Notes under the pieces: model-generated
Seen by the model: the letters and a program-made list of their open reading frames with translations, nothing else
Database searches by the model: none
Told to the model about the DNA's origin: nothing
In this document: positions 1-12,800 of the stretch, piece after piece
How positions within the stretch are numbered: the stretch's first letter is position 1
Layout: each line of letters opens with the position of its first letter
Source of the DNA: Eledone cirrhosa
Taxonomy: Eukaryota
Assembly (NCBI GenBank): GCA_964016885.1
Contig: OZ024746.1
Coordinates: 12,772,001 to 12,836,000 of the forward strand
Direction: 5' to 3'
Length of the DNA stretch: 64,000 nt
Made by a program: the position numbers and the translations under genes

Positions 1-131
1 TTTATGGTACGTTGTGTCGTTTAGCAGTCCGCTCAGCTGTATCTGTAATTCATAGTGCCAGCCTTGTCACACGGAATATACCCGAGAATTACATTGTGTC
101 CACTTGTCTGGGAAATGTTCAACTACTTATA

Positions 132-312
132 TAGGCACAAGGCCAGCAATTTTGGGGGAGGGGGAAGTTGATTAAATCGACCCCAGTGCGTGACTGGTGC
201 TTTATTTTATCGACCCCGTAACGTAAGGTGGAATTTGAACTCAGACCGTAAAGGGCCGTAACTCTGTGTTGCAAAGCATGGTGTCCGACTCTCTAACGAT
301 ACTGCCAATCCA
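132..312 (-). mobile_element. Nin-domain tRNA-derived SINE copy
   Basis: Reverse complement reads ggcagtatcg...tctgagttcaaattccacc...cggggtcgataaaataaaagcaccag...aattgctggccttgtgcc, the family repeated many times in this window. Confidence 0.8.
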
Positions 313-1202
313 CCGCCCGCCCTTGATGGGTTAAATAAAACCATGTCATCTGCAAGTTCCAGCCGACTGATCTTACACCCACAAATCAGCTGGAATTTGC
401 AGCCTATGGTCATGAAGCTGGAAGGAGTATTTGAGGACTCTGCTCCCCCTCCCAGAAATAAGTGGGAGGCGGAGAAGTAGGAGAACCACCACCTTCATTA
501 TTGAAAGTATTTAAAGAACAATTTTTTTATTAACCACATCTTAATAATGGCATTGTTTACAATCTCGGAGATGTCGGTCATCAATTGTTGGGACCTGTAT
601 TAGCTGGTTTTGCCAAGAATTCTATTTACCTTCTTTTTTATATATAATAATTACTATTATTGAATTGGGGAGACTGGTTGGCAGTCTTGGTGGAGCATTC
701 AGTAAAATTCATCACAGTATTTTGTTGTGTCACTCTATTTCATCATCATCCTTGTCTGCTTTCCATGTTGGTATGTGTTGGACGAGTTGCTACGGTCTAG
801 GACCAGACAAGTTGTTGAGACCTCTATCTCACTCATATATTACATATTTCGCACGGTTTCTTCAATTTGATCCTGTTCCTAATGAAAATCACCTTACAAG
901 GTGTACTGGGTATGTTATTTTGTGGCACCACTACCCCTTTACAAAGTGTTCTATGTGCATTTTTTCATAGTACTAACACTAGCACTTTGTAGAGTGTACT
1001 GGGTACATTTTATCAAACCTTATATTGTCTCCATTTGATTACTAACACCTTTGGTCTCTAACACTTACATTTAGCGTTACATTGCTCTTACTGGTGAACA
1101 GGTCTTTTGTATTATGGAATATCACCAGTCGGTTCAGTTATATGTCATGAGATTCAGTTTCTTGAGGTCATTCCCTCATATTGTTATGAATTGATATTCT
1201 AG

Positions 1203-1408
1203 GAATTGGTTGGATCTGTTGGGATGGAAGAGATTGACATCAAATCTTTGTCTCCTGGTGCTGTTGTAAAAGAAATATATGACTCAGCATTGCGAGAAAT
1301 AAGAGATGAAGTAAACATTCCACAGGATCGGCTTTTTGAACCTGAATTGATGGGCATTGTTGGCAACTTAACAAGTGCTGGTAGACCAAGTTTGGAGTTC
1401 TTTGTAAG
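1203..1408 (+). CDS. NUDT22: NUDT22 (UDP-glucose pyrophosphatase, Nudix) penultimate coding exon
   Basis: AG at 1201-1202 and GTAAGA at 1409. Encodes ELVG...EIYDSALREIRDEVNIP...LMGIVGNLTSAGRPSLEFFV, matching from memory vertebrate NUDT22 ELFSSVLQEICDEVNLP...LLGIARNETSAGRASAEFYV. Upstream exons not seen in the window. Confidence 0.88.
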
Positions 1409-1451
1409 GTAAGAAAAATATATTTAAATCACACACACTTATATCAGGGGT

Positions 1452-1694
1452 CAGAGGCGTAACTAAAGCATGGCACATGTCATGGGCACCACTTAGACAA
1501 AGAGCACATTCTATTAAAGTCAGAGTAGAGAGTGAAAAAAGAAACTCCTTCAGATCATGGGTGAGAACATTATGGTGGCTAGATCATTAAACCCTTTATA
1601 TAAATTATTAGGCCCATAGGTAAAAATACAGTGCTGGAGAGGGGCACAATTTCACTGCTTGTCATAGGCACTATTTTCCCTAGTTATGCCTCTG
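1452..1694. mobile_element. Non-autonomous TIR element (MITE) in NUDT22 intron
   Basis: Terminal inverted repeats CAGAGGCGTAACTA / TAGTTATGCCTCTG; no clear TSD, superfamily uncertain. Confidence 0.55.
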
Positions 1695-2239
1695 AGTCCA
1701 TGTGTATATACACAGATACACACACATATGCAAACACACGCATATCCACACACACTCGTGCAATACAAAATAGATCCTTCATTAGTTTCATTGGTGTGTG
1801 TTCCAGTTGTTTTCAATCAACTGAACAACCTATTCATTGAATTTTAGTGCAAACGGTTTAGTATTACATGTACACTTGTATCGTTAACATAGTCATCAGC
1901 TTCATTAAGCTGACTCTTTGAATTACAGGCACAGTCAATCTGATAGACTTGCACATAATTCCCATCTGCCTAGTTTATAATGGAAGCCATTTGCCTAAGA
2001 AGGTGGTGAATTAGCAAAGTCGTTAAGGTGTTCAATCAAAAGTACCTATGTATTTTTCTGGTTCAAATCCCACCAAAGTCAACTTTGCCTTTCACCCTTT
2101 CAGGGTCAATAAATAAACTACTTGACCAGTCTAGCTTTAGTACATGACAACCTGTCTAACCCATACAGTCTTTGAAAGTAGACATTAAATTACACACATG
2201 CATATATATATATATATATATATGAGAGATAGAGAGTTG

Positions 2240-2436
2240 ACGTCATGACAAAAAGCACCTAGTACACACGTAAATGTGGTTGGCATTAGGAATGGCATCC
2301 AGCCATAGAAACTTAGCCAAATCAGTTCTGTATGAGCAAGACATGGCCATCTGACCTGGTTTGTCTCACAATGAGACAATTCGTCTAACCCATGCTAGCA
2401 TGATAAAATGGACATTAAACGGTAATGATGATGATA
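2240..2436 (+). mobile_element. RTE-tailed SINE-like element
   Basis: aaaagcacc...ggcattaggaatggcatccagccatagaaac...tcgtctaacccatgctagcatg..aaatggacattaaacg..(gat)n tail. Same family at about 740-1010, 5850-5995, 7835-7980, 20905-21050, 26240-26330, 26635-26790, 29250-29410, 30170-30400 and 57933-58290. Confidence 0.75.
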
Positions 2437-2487
2437 ATATATAAGTGCACACATGCATATTAATAATACTTTGTTTTCTTTGGTTAG

Positions 2488-2752
2488 ATGCAATATACCT
2501 TCAGATAAAGTGCTTCAGTTGTATCTGGAAGGAAACCAACCAGAAGCAGATGAATCAACAAATATCCAAACTCTTTCAGTGAATGATGTCTTGAAGCTAA
2601 GAGAAAACAACACAGAGCTGTGGAACTCCTTGGCTCCATCGGCAAAAGGATGTTTCACTCTTTTCATCGGCATGGTTTTAAATAATGTCTTAACTCTTGA
2701 TTCCAGCACCAATAACTGCAGCAGCAGTAATACTAACATCGTTGAATCATAG
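2488..2752 (+). CDS. NUDT22: NUDT22 last coding exon
   Basis: ttttctttggttAG acceptor at 2486-2487, phase 2 compatible with the previous exon (AG+A = Arg). Encodes CNIPSDKVLQLYLEGNQPEADEST...ELWNSLAPSAKGCF, matching NUDT22 [23 protein letters not shown]...EMWAELCPSAKGA. Stop TAG at 2750-2752. Confidence 0.88.
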
Positions 2753-5700
2753 TGTCTTATTTACACTTTTGGAATATAAATATTTGCACATAAAATTCAT
2801 TTTTGATCTTGGTTCCAAACTGTGAATGAAAAGGGTACGGGTGAACTCTTTTTGCAATATGACCATTTTGCTAAGAAGAATACACTGCCCATGTTTCAGT
2901 TAATTTTCAAAATAAATAAGCTTTTGAATGAGTTTAGTAAAACCTTTTCATTTATGGGTATAATTTCTAATACATTTCAGCAAAATATTCTTACATGAAC
3001 ATTTTTTAGAGGTTTTACCTACTGAAATTTCATCTAATTATCCTTCTAATCATGAGATTCTAGTTTATATTTAAATTTGAATATAAAGATATTAATATGA
3101 GCAGTTTTACAGACAAGTTGGTATCATGATACCAGGAATAGTTTCACTGTAGATATTACAATAAATCTCCAGATATATGGAACTAGGACTAATAGGATTT
3201 TCTTCTTTTTTGTGTGTATTTCATATGTACACTGATAGATGTGAGGTGGATATGAGAGAACTGAGTAAAGTTAAAGTTTTCAAATACTGTCCACATAAGT
3301 TCACATCTACTGTCATTGCTATGTGCCTCTGTGTATAAGATACCTAACTCTACTTTCTAGAGTTTTGTCTGATTGAACAAAAAGAAAGAAAACTTTCTTT
3401 TACCTCATAATTCAGTAGTTAACTATAAGGACATTCAGATGTATGAAAAAAATGCCCTTACAAATAAAAAGTTGTATTAATGCAAGGATAAAAAACATAT
3501 ATAACAACTGGAGAGTAACACTAGTTGTTATGACAGTGCAATAAGACTTTAAATATATACTTGAGTTGCCTTCCCTAGATTGAATTTATTTTTCTGGCTT
3601 TGTATGTTTGAAAAATATCTTCCTTTATATGTTGGATTTAATAGAGAAGTCCAAAGGGCCAGTAAAATATTCACAGTAGCTGAGAGAGAGAGTCTGTGTG
3701 TGTGTGTGTGCACAAGTATTGGGAGACATTTTTGAATCTTTTTAATGCTTGGATTTTTATTTTTCTAGAAGATTATTCCAGATTCTGCTGGATAAATTCC
3801 TGCTGTTTCTCTCTAGCAACAACAGAAAGAACAGGCTGAGATCAGCCATTTGTTAAACTTCTGATTCTGTGAAATTATTTGGAAAAATTGTTTATTTTTA
3901 TTTTTGGGAAAATTTTTTAACAGAAGGTTCATTTGTTTATTGATAAAAAATAAATTTTAAAGAAATATTTAAAGAAAAATTGAGTTTTATGTATGTATAT
4001 GAAATAAAATATATTTTGCATTACTTAAGACACTTTATCATTTGTTGTTTTATATTTTTGTGGGTCAATAGAGCTTGACTTTGGAAAGATTAGTTGGAGC
4101 AACAAAAATATTAGTTTGAAATATAAAAAAGAAAACCATATGTCCAGAATAATACTGAGAATTAATGAGAAACAAGGCAGTCAATTCACCAGCCATTTCT
4201 GGCCAGAATTTTCTCACCTCTTTCTGTTTAAACCAGCCATAACTGGCCATTCATACCGACATTAAGGTATTATTCTCAAAATAAATATCAAAATCTCATA
4301 GATTCCATATTATGTGAGGTAAAGCCATTACTGTGAAAATAATAGTGAATATAGAGTAATGTAAATGGTAAAAGGTTAATTGGATATGTGCTGAATAATC
4401 TACCTAGAAGGCAGGAGTTCCTCAACTCTAGTGCTGGTATTTCTTTATTTTGAGACACTGTACTCCACATTGACTTACTTCACATAGATTTTGAGAATAT
4501 GTACCAGATCAATGTTTGGCTTTAAACTAGTGTTCACCAGTTTTCTGAGTCTGTCTTATTAAATTTCAACTGTAGTTCTGGTGATAGGTTACAAGTGATA
4601 ACTGCTGTGGGCAACAATGAATCTAACATTAACCATTAATTAATTGTACTTAAAGATTACCTCCATTCAATATGCACAGTTATGAAAATGACAAGATTTA
4701 TTTTGCAAAATTTCTTAGGCTCAGGATTATCAGAACATTGGACAAAAAGCGATGTAGTATTTATTAATTTACATCCCTATACACTCTAAGTTTAAATCTT
4801 GTATGAGTCAACTTTGCCTTTCATCCATCCAGAGCTGATAAAATAAGTACCAGCTGAGTAAATCTAACCAACTATATATCCCACGATAAAATATGCTTAT
4901 CATAAAAATCAATATTAATTTAGATATCCTTTCAAAACCACAACAGTTCAATTGTTCAGAGTTTATCTCCAATTTCGGTGCTAAGTGAATAAGAGACAAG
5001 TATCCCCTGGATATGATGCTATGCTATCACAAGTAATGTTTCTGATGGCAGAACTGAGCTCTGCACTGGATAACAACAAAACACATATCCATTATTATCA
5101 CTAGTTTTACACTGTGATACCTATTTACAGCTACATAGACTAGACCACTGGAGTATCAAACACTAACTGGATCAATTGGTGATGGTTGCTTGTGACAGGA
5201 CCCACTAGAAGGAATGCTTGAGGACTCTGCCCACCCCCCATGACCAAGAATATCTGAGTGAAGAAGAAGTTTTAATGGTTCATCACTCTACTTTTTCTGT
5301 CAGTCAACGACCTTCACTCCATTATTAATTTTAATTATTTCTAACTTTGGCACAAGATGTTGATGAGGTACGACCAATAGACTTCAGTATTGATCAAATG
5401 GCGAGTCATTAGGGCATTGGATTAAATACTTAGATATTTGTCCTGGCTCATTGAACTTTCAGTTCAAACCCCACTGGAGTCAACTTTACGTTTCATTCTT
5501 TTCAGGTTGATAAATAAAGTACCAGTTCAATACTGGGAGTCGATTCTTTCTTTACTATACTCTCTCACTCTCTGTCTCTGTAAAAAAATCATCTGTTCTC
5601 TAATGTAGAGAGGGACAGGCTCTGCCAGGTTTAAAATACCCAAGACATGCCATGTGTCAACACAGCACACTCAGAGGTTATGGGCCTTGCCTGTTTTTCG

Positions 5701-5849
5701 TATTTACCTAATACTTATTTTGTCGACTGTAGTAAAGCAAAAATGTTTGAAATTTATAAAATAAACAAACATAGGTAAGTACAACAAGATTATTCTGTCT
5801 GGTATCTTCTGTTGTCAGCTATCGAACTACTTATTCTGCTTCAATATAT

Positions 5850-6182
5850 ATCATTTCATTTTACGTCCACTTTTCCCTGCTTGTAAGGGTGGGATGGGAA
5901 CTGATTCTGGCTTCATTTCTACAGCTGGATGCCCTTCCTAACACCAACCTCATTTACAGTGAGTGCTGGGTGCTTTTTTGCCGTGGCACCTCCATGACCA
6001 CTTTGCAGTAAAATGATAGGGACCCCAGTCCCTATCATCTCATTTCTACAGCTGAGTAAACTGGAGCAATGTGAAATAAAGTCTCTTGCTCAAGGAAACA
6101 ACAAATCACCCGGTCTGAGAATTGAACTCACAACCTTTCGATTGCAAGGCCAATGCTCTAACCACTAAGCCATGTGCCTCCA
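5850..6182 (-). mobile_element. Composite SINE (tRNA-like head, central ccttgagcaag domain, RTE-type tail); near-identical copy at 7835-8150
   Basis: Reverse complement begins ggcacatggcttagtggttagagcattggccttgcaatcgaaaggttgtgagttcaattc (A/B box-like). The two copies align over about 320 bp. Confidence 0.7.
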
Positions 6183-6247
6183 TCTCTAACCACTAAGCCA
6201 TGCATATATATATATGTGTGTGTGTGTATATATATCAATATATCAAT

Positions 6248-6349
6248 ATCAAGGAAAAGAAAAAAATGCTCTATATAATGTACAGACCCATTATATATAT
6301 ATATAATGGGTCTGTACATTATATAGAGCATTTTTTTCTTTTCCTTGAT
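6248..6349. repeat. Perfect 102-bp palindrome centred on (TA)n
   Basis: atcaaggaaaagaaaaaaatgctctatataatgtacagacccattatatat followed directly by its exact reverse complement. Confidence 0.95.
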
Positions 6350-6405
6350 CTATTTCTTCGGAAGTTCTTGGCACAAAATGAATATATATATATATATATA
6401 TTCAT

Positions 6406-6536
6406 TTTATTAAGGCTAAATAGTGAGTCTTGTTACTCTGGAGTTTCGCCTGCCTCTCACAGGGTCATGTCTGATGACCCTGTGTTAAACAAGTGAAACT
6501 CCAGAGTAACAAGACTCACTATTTAGCCTTAATAAA
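6406..6536. mobile_element. Inverted Penelope-type pLTR relic (hairpin) A
   Basis: Arms tttattaaggctaaatagtgagtcttgttactctggagtttc / gaaactccagagtaacaagactcactatttagccttaataaa. Contains a hammerhead core and lies next to (TA)n. Confidence 0.7.
6464..6515 (+). ncRNA. Minimal type I hammerhead ribozyme (family A)
   Basis: GUCAUGU - CUGAUGA (6471-6477) - C CCUG uguuaaa CAAG U - GAAA (6495-6498) - C uccaga G - UA cleavage after 6508 - ACAAGAC pairing with GUCAUGU (6/7). Stem II is imperfect here but CCUG/CAGG is perfect in the inverted partial copy. Confidence 0.65.
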
Positions 6537-6681
6537 GTTATGAAACTCTACTTCGGTATTCAGTAGTCAACCACATACGTATATATATATGTGTGTGTCT
6601 GTGTGAAACTCACTCTTTCTTTTAAGTGTGAAATTAATACAACTTTATATTAATGCATCCTCTTGTTTGTTTGTTTCTTAT

Positions 6682-6737
<56 letters not shown>

Positions 6738-6960
6738 ATGTGGGCTGATCAACAATAACTGCTGTTGCACCTCCTCTTCCTCCGTTCCCTCCTCATTCAA
6801 ATATAACCACTACCACCACTACTATAGCAATAGTGGTAAATTTTATCATTTCTAACTCACACTGTCCCCCTCTCTCCCTCTTTCTCTCTCCCACTCTCTC
6901 ATCGTCATCATTAAATGTCTTGAAAAATGGATGTTAAATGATAATTATATATGTACACAT

Positions 6961-6994
<34 letters not shown>

Positions 6995-7092
6995 TATATA
7001 CATATATATATATATGTGTGTGTATGTGTGGTGTCCTTTCTTTCTATCTCTATTTGTGTCCCATCCTCTAACTCCTCTCTCACATACATGTA

Positions 7093-7123
<31 letters not shown>

Positions 7124-7283
7124 GCAGACATCTGCCAGAAACAAACATAATAAACTAAATTCAAACAATGATAGAGATAACAGAGGGTTGCGGGTGAGAG
7201 CTTTCTACAATGATGATTAGATTTTGACCTATATATATGCGTGTGTGTGTATGTGTATGTATGTATTTATATGTATGTGTATG

Positions 7284-7340
<57 letters not shown>

Positions 7341-7343
<3 letters not shown>

Positions 7344-7750
7344 AGGTCGCTCTCAAGTGCTACTGGTAACATGTAACCCAGTATAACCTGTCTCATGGTC
7401 GGGTCGTTGGTGACTAAACCGGCAATCCCACCAAGCTTTCTTGTTGAGGAGGGTGATATTTGGACACCCTGTGGGATGAAATACAAGAGCAGAGGAACTA
7501 AACAGAGTCAACGGCCATCCAAATAGTACTTTTTTTTTACCTGGTAGTAAGAGAGGGAAACCTGCGGCTTCGAAAGCATCCGCTGATGTTGACCAGTTCT
7601 CCTTTTTGGATAGTGTTTTCGATGCTCAGAAAGTGGGATTGGTTGAGTGCAAGGCCTTTCCCCACTTAAAAAACCTTCAAAGCACAGGCATTGCTTGTTC
7701 AGGATCTGTTACAAGCGCTTGCAATGCTCTTAGCAGAGTCTGCAGCCATC
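7341..7750. mobile_element. Unclassified GC-richer insert between (TA)n tracts, probably a retroelement untranslated fragment
   Basis: Sharp compositional boundaries at (TA)n on both sides, local hairpins (tactgg/ccagta; gtcg-ttgg-tgac), no credible ORF. Confidence 0.4.
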
Positions 7751-7796
7751 ATATATATATATATAGTAAATACATGTAAACAAAACTTTATCGTTC

Positions 7797-7836
<40 letters not shown>

Positions 7837-8148
7837 TCATCATCATTTTACGTCCGCTTTTCCCTGCTTCCAAGGGTGGGACGGTAACTGATTCTGGCTT
7901 GATTTCTACAGCTGGATGCCCTTCCTAACACCACCCTCATTTACAGTGAGTGCTGGGTGCTTTTTTGCCTTGGCACCTACACGACCACTTTGCAGTGGAA
8001 TGATAGGGACCCCAGTCCCTATCATCTCATTTCTACAGCTGAGTAAACTGGAGCAATGTAAAATAAAGTGTCTTGCTCAAGGAAACAACACATCACCCGG
8101 TCTGAGAATTGAACTCATAACTTTTCGATTGCAAGGCCAATGCTCTAA

Positions 8149-8279
<131 letters not shown>

Positions 8280-8402
8280 GTAGGAGGTGAGTTTTATTGT
8301 AGTACAATAAAGCAATGCAGATATCGGATAAGAAGCACTCTACAGTTTGTAGGACTGGAGTATACATAATATAAGATCAAAAGATGGTTAAAGGAGTTCC
8401 AT

Positions 8403-8473
8403 GTATTTTATTATGCGCATTTCAAAAACAAACATCATCATGCAATAATATTTGTGTTTTCATCAGATAAAAC
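8403..8473 (-). ncRNA. Minimal type I hammerhead ribozyme (family B), - copy
   Basis: Reverse complement of the 8581-8650 motif (tcatcag at 8460-8466, atgcgcatttc at 8413-8423). Confidence 0.78.
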
Positions 8474-8580
8474 AGGAGAACATGATATGAAGGCTAAAAA
8501 ACACCTGTGGACAGTGTAGTTTTAAATAAAAAAACTGCACTGTCCACAGGTGTTTTTTAGCCTTCATATCATGTCCTCCT

Positions 8581-8650
8581 GTTTTATCTGATGAAAACAC
8601 AAATATTATTGCATGATGATGTTTGTTTTTGAAATGCGCATAATAAAATA
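8581..8650 (+). ncRNA. Minimal type I hammerhead ribozyme (family B), + copy
   Basis: GUUUUAU - CUGAUGA (8588-8594) - 16-bp stem II (8595-8630, one mismatch, three G-U, loop GCAU) - GAAA (8631-8634) - U gcgc A (palindromic AUGCGCAU) - UA cleavage after 8642 - AUAAAAU pairing with GUUUUAU. Confidence 0.8.
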
Positions 8651-8680
8651 CATGGAACTCCTTTAACCATCTTTTGATCT

Positions 8681-8719
<39 letters not shown>

Positions 8720-8976
8720 AAGTTTTATTTAAATTGTTGGGTTACAACGAGTAAATATTTATAACTGATATAAAAGCACTCAACAAGTATTTGGAGTATA
8801 TTTACAATATTAAATAAATGGAAACTATATTTATAAAACCATATTTATTTCATTATATATATTTCAAGGATATCATATTAAAAATATTAAAAATATGGTA
8901 TGCCTTCTTCAGACAAAATACAATATAAACAGTCTTATAAATAGATAGATTTGATATATATATATATATATATTTG

Positions 8977-9178
<202 letters not shown>

Positions 9179-9274
9179 TATAGCCATTTCTATATTATAC
9201 TCAACCAATGTATTGAGTACCTTAGTTACTATGGTTACCCCTGATTGAGCCCAGGACTCACACACACACACACA

Positions 9275-9323
<49 letters not shown>

Positions 9324-9839
9324 GTGTGTGTGTATATGTGCTCTCCTCCTATTTTTCACCCCCCCCCCCCCCTCTCCTATATCCTGCTGGTTCTCTCTCA
9401 ATCCCTTCCTCTCTCTCCAAATATAAAATAAACCTGTTGCGAGTACGAAACTCAGAATTCGTCAACCCCTTATTTCAGGCTAGGCTGCTCGCTCGCTCAT
9501 CTAAATGTAACGTAGAAATGCTATTTTCTTTACTCTTCTCTCCATTTTTTCCCCGGTCCATTCATCTATCTGTATCATTTCGACCAGAATCCAATCTTTG
9601 CTTTTTCAATGCTATTCGATAAATATGTCTGATTGTTCAAAACAATCTTCTTGTATTTTTAAATTCCATAATTCTTCTCTTATTACTGTTATATATGCTT
9701 GTTCAATTATGCCCAAAATTCGAGGATTTTATTTAAACCTTCTCGCTAACTACCCCATATCCCTCCCACCCGCCCCCACTCACCACCATTATTACGTGGA
9801 GCAATCATAAGTCAGTGGCCTATGCTATCACTTCTTAAG

Positions 9840-12800
9840 TTTAGACCTGGTTGCCTTTCGATATGATGGATGGACTACGGAATTCTGGAGAGTTTGAAAA
9901 GAAAAAATCTGGACACTCAGTGACAATGCCAAAGATAAAGACAAATTCACCCCATGCTGCCGGACGAGAATGCAAGGACTCCTCCTCTTTATTTCGGCCA
10001 CGGATGGCTAACATAACCCCGTCTAGCTCACCCCCACCCACCCACCCCTGCGCCCCACCGTTCCCACCCTCCAAACGCAATCCAAAACTTCAAAGTTGGT
10101 ACCATGAATGTAGGCACCTTAAAAGGTCGCTCTAACGAGGTTGTGGAAATACTTGAACGTAAGGAGGTCGATGTTTGCTGTATTCAAGAGACCAGGTGGA
10201 GGGGTGGGTCTGCTAGATTCATTGTGGGTAAAAAACGATGCTATAAGCTTTTCTGGGTGGGAAATGACAATGGGCTGGGTGGAGTAGGAATCATGGTAGC
10301 AGAAAAGTGGGCAGATAAGATAATAGATGTAAATAGCGTGAACGACAGAATAATTAAAATAAGACTTGCCCTCAATAATATCTGCATATGCACCCCAATC
10401 CGCACTGCCTGGTGTTATAAAAGACAGATTCTATGAGTCGTTAATGCTCACTACCTCCGAAATAACCGACAGTGACTACATAATTATCGCTGGCAACCTA
10501 AATGGTCACGTTGGACAACATTGTGACAGCTATGACGGAATCCATGGAGGCTATGGGTTTGGTACTAGAAATGAGGAAGGCTCCAGAATCCTGGAATTCT
10601 GTGACGCAAATAACCTAACTATCTGTAACACTAACTTCAAAAAACAAGACAATCACTTGATCACTTATAGATCAGGGGAACACACCAGCCAGATAGATTA
10701 TATCCTTACCAGAAGACGTGACAGAATGTCTGTTGTAAATTTAAAAGCATATTACTTGATGCTTTTGATAGTAAGGAAGAGCAATTAGAGTCGTACAATA
10801 TAGAAGAACAGTGGGAATTCCTGAAAGCTAACCTGCTGAAGGCGACAGATAAAATCTGTGGCTGGAGCAGACCTATAGGCAGGAGGAGAGTAACTTGGTG
10901 GTGGAACAGTAAGGTGGAGAATTCAATCAAGGCCAAAAATCAGGCTTGGAAAGCATGGCGGAGTGAGGGAAGTAGAGAAGACTATCAAATGGCCAGGAGG
11001 GAAGCTAGGAGACAAGTGTACTTCGCAAGACGGGAAGCAGAGGAAAGAAAGTTCAAGCATGTTCTACAATGCGAGGACCAAAAACGTGAGGTGTTCAGGA
11101 TTGCTAGGCAATGTGTCAAGGAAAGCCGTGATATTGTCGGGGAGAAGTGTGTCCTTAATGATGATGATGTACTTACCATCACTGACGCTGATAAGAAGGT
11201 AGCTTGTAAGTGTCACTACAAAAGGCTACTAAATGAGGAGAATAAATGGGAGAAAGACAGTCTCCCCCACATCGATCCAATAGAGGGACCAGCAGTGCAA
11301 GTTGAAGGTAGTATAATAAGTAAGGCAATCAAAGATATGAAGACAGGCAAGGCGGCTGGGCCTTCAGAAATAGTTGCTGAAATGCTGAAAGCATCTGGAA
11401 CAGTGGGACACACTATGGTCACCCAGATAGTAAACCAAGTCATACAGAATGGGGTCGTTCCGAAGGACTGGTGTAGCAGCATCATCATTAACTGCTACAA
11501 GGGTAAAGGAGATGCCCTAGATAGGGGAAACTATAGAGGCATTAAATTAATTGACCAGGTCATGAAGGTCACAGAAAAAGTAATAGCGCAACTAATCAGA
11601 GAGCGAATTGATCTAGATGAAATGCAGTTCGGGTTTGTGTCAGGTAAATGTACCACAGACGCTCTTTTGATTGTACGACAACTACAGGAGAAGTACCTAG
11701 CTAAAAGTAAACCCCTATACTTAGCTTTTGTTGACTTGGAGAAAGCCTTTGACAGAGTCCCCCGCTCCATTATCTGGTGGGCTCTTAGAGAATTAGGTGT
11801 TGATGAATGGCTTGTGAGAGCTATACAAGCCATGTATAAAGAAACAGTCAGCAAGGTTAGAATTAACAACAAATATAGTGAAGAGTTTAGCGTAAAAGTT
11901 GGTGTCCATCGGGGCTCCGTCCTTAGCCCCCTACTATTTATTATTGCCCTTCAGGCTATAACAGAGGAGTTCAAGACCGGCTGCCCATGGGAACTCCTAT
12001 ACGCAGATGATCTAACACTCATAGCTGAATCAATGGCTGAACTAGAGAAGAAATTCCAAACATGGAAGCATGGCCTAGAATCAAAAGGCCTTAAAATTAA
12101 CCTGTCTCAGACTAAAGTTCTAGCTTGTAGGAAGGAAAATAGGGCACTGGTCCCATCTGGGAAATGGCCATGCTCAGTGTGTAGGAAAGGAGTAGGCAGA
12201 AACTCCATTTTATGTCCCAAATGCAAAGTATGGGTGCATAAAAGATGTAGTGGGATCACAGGTAAGCTAACTAAGAATATAGATTTTATATGTGGTCGGT
12301 GCTCAGGTGCAATAAGTAGCAGCAAGTGCCCACAGAATACTAGCTCATTCCATTGCACAGATGGTTCTATAGAAATAGTGGACACCTTCCGTTACCTGGG
12401 TGACAAAATCAGCAGTGGTGGAGGGTGCTCTGAAAGTACAGAAGCTAGAGTCAGAATGGGATGGAAAAAGTTCAGAGAGCTTATACCACTATTGGCTGCT
12501 AAAGGGTTCTCTCTAAAAATGAAAGGCAGGCTGTATGATGCCTGCATACGAACAGCAATGTTACATGGCAGTGAGACTTGAGCATTGTGTGCAGAGGATA
12601 TATGCAGACTGGAGAGGAACAAAGCTTGCATGTTCCGCTGGATGTGTAATAGTAATATACGTGAACGGCAAAGCATAAATGAAGTAAGGGAGAAATTGGG
12701 AATAAGAGGGATCAGATGTTGTTTACTCGAGAGAAGACTACGTTGGTACGGTCACGTGATGCGCATGAAAGACGACAGCTGTATAAAAATGTGCAGGGCG

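Larger units (their letters stand above)
8366..8688. mobile_element. Inverted Penelope-type pLTR relic (about 320-bp palindrome) B
   Basis: Two arms of about 158 bp that are near-perfect reverse complements around a short AT spacer near 8525. Each arm carries a hammerhead; (TA)n directly follows and another lies about 90 bp upstream. Confidence 0.8.
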
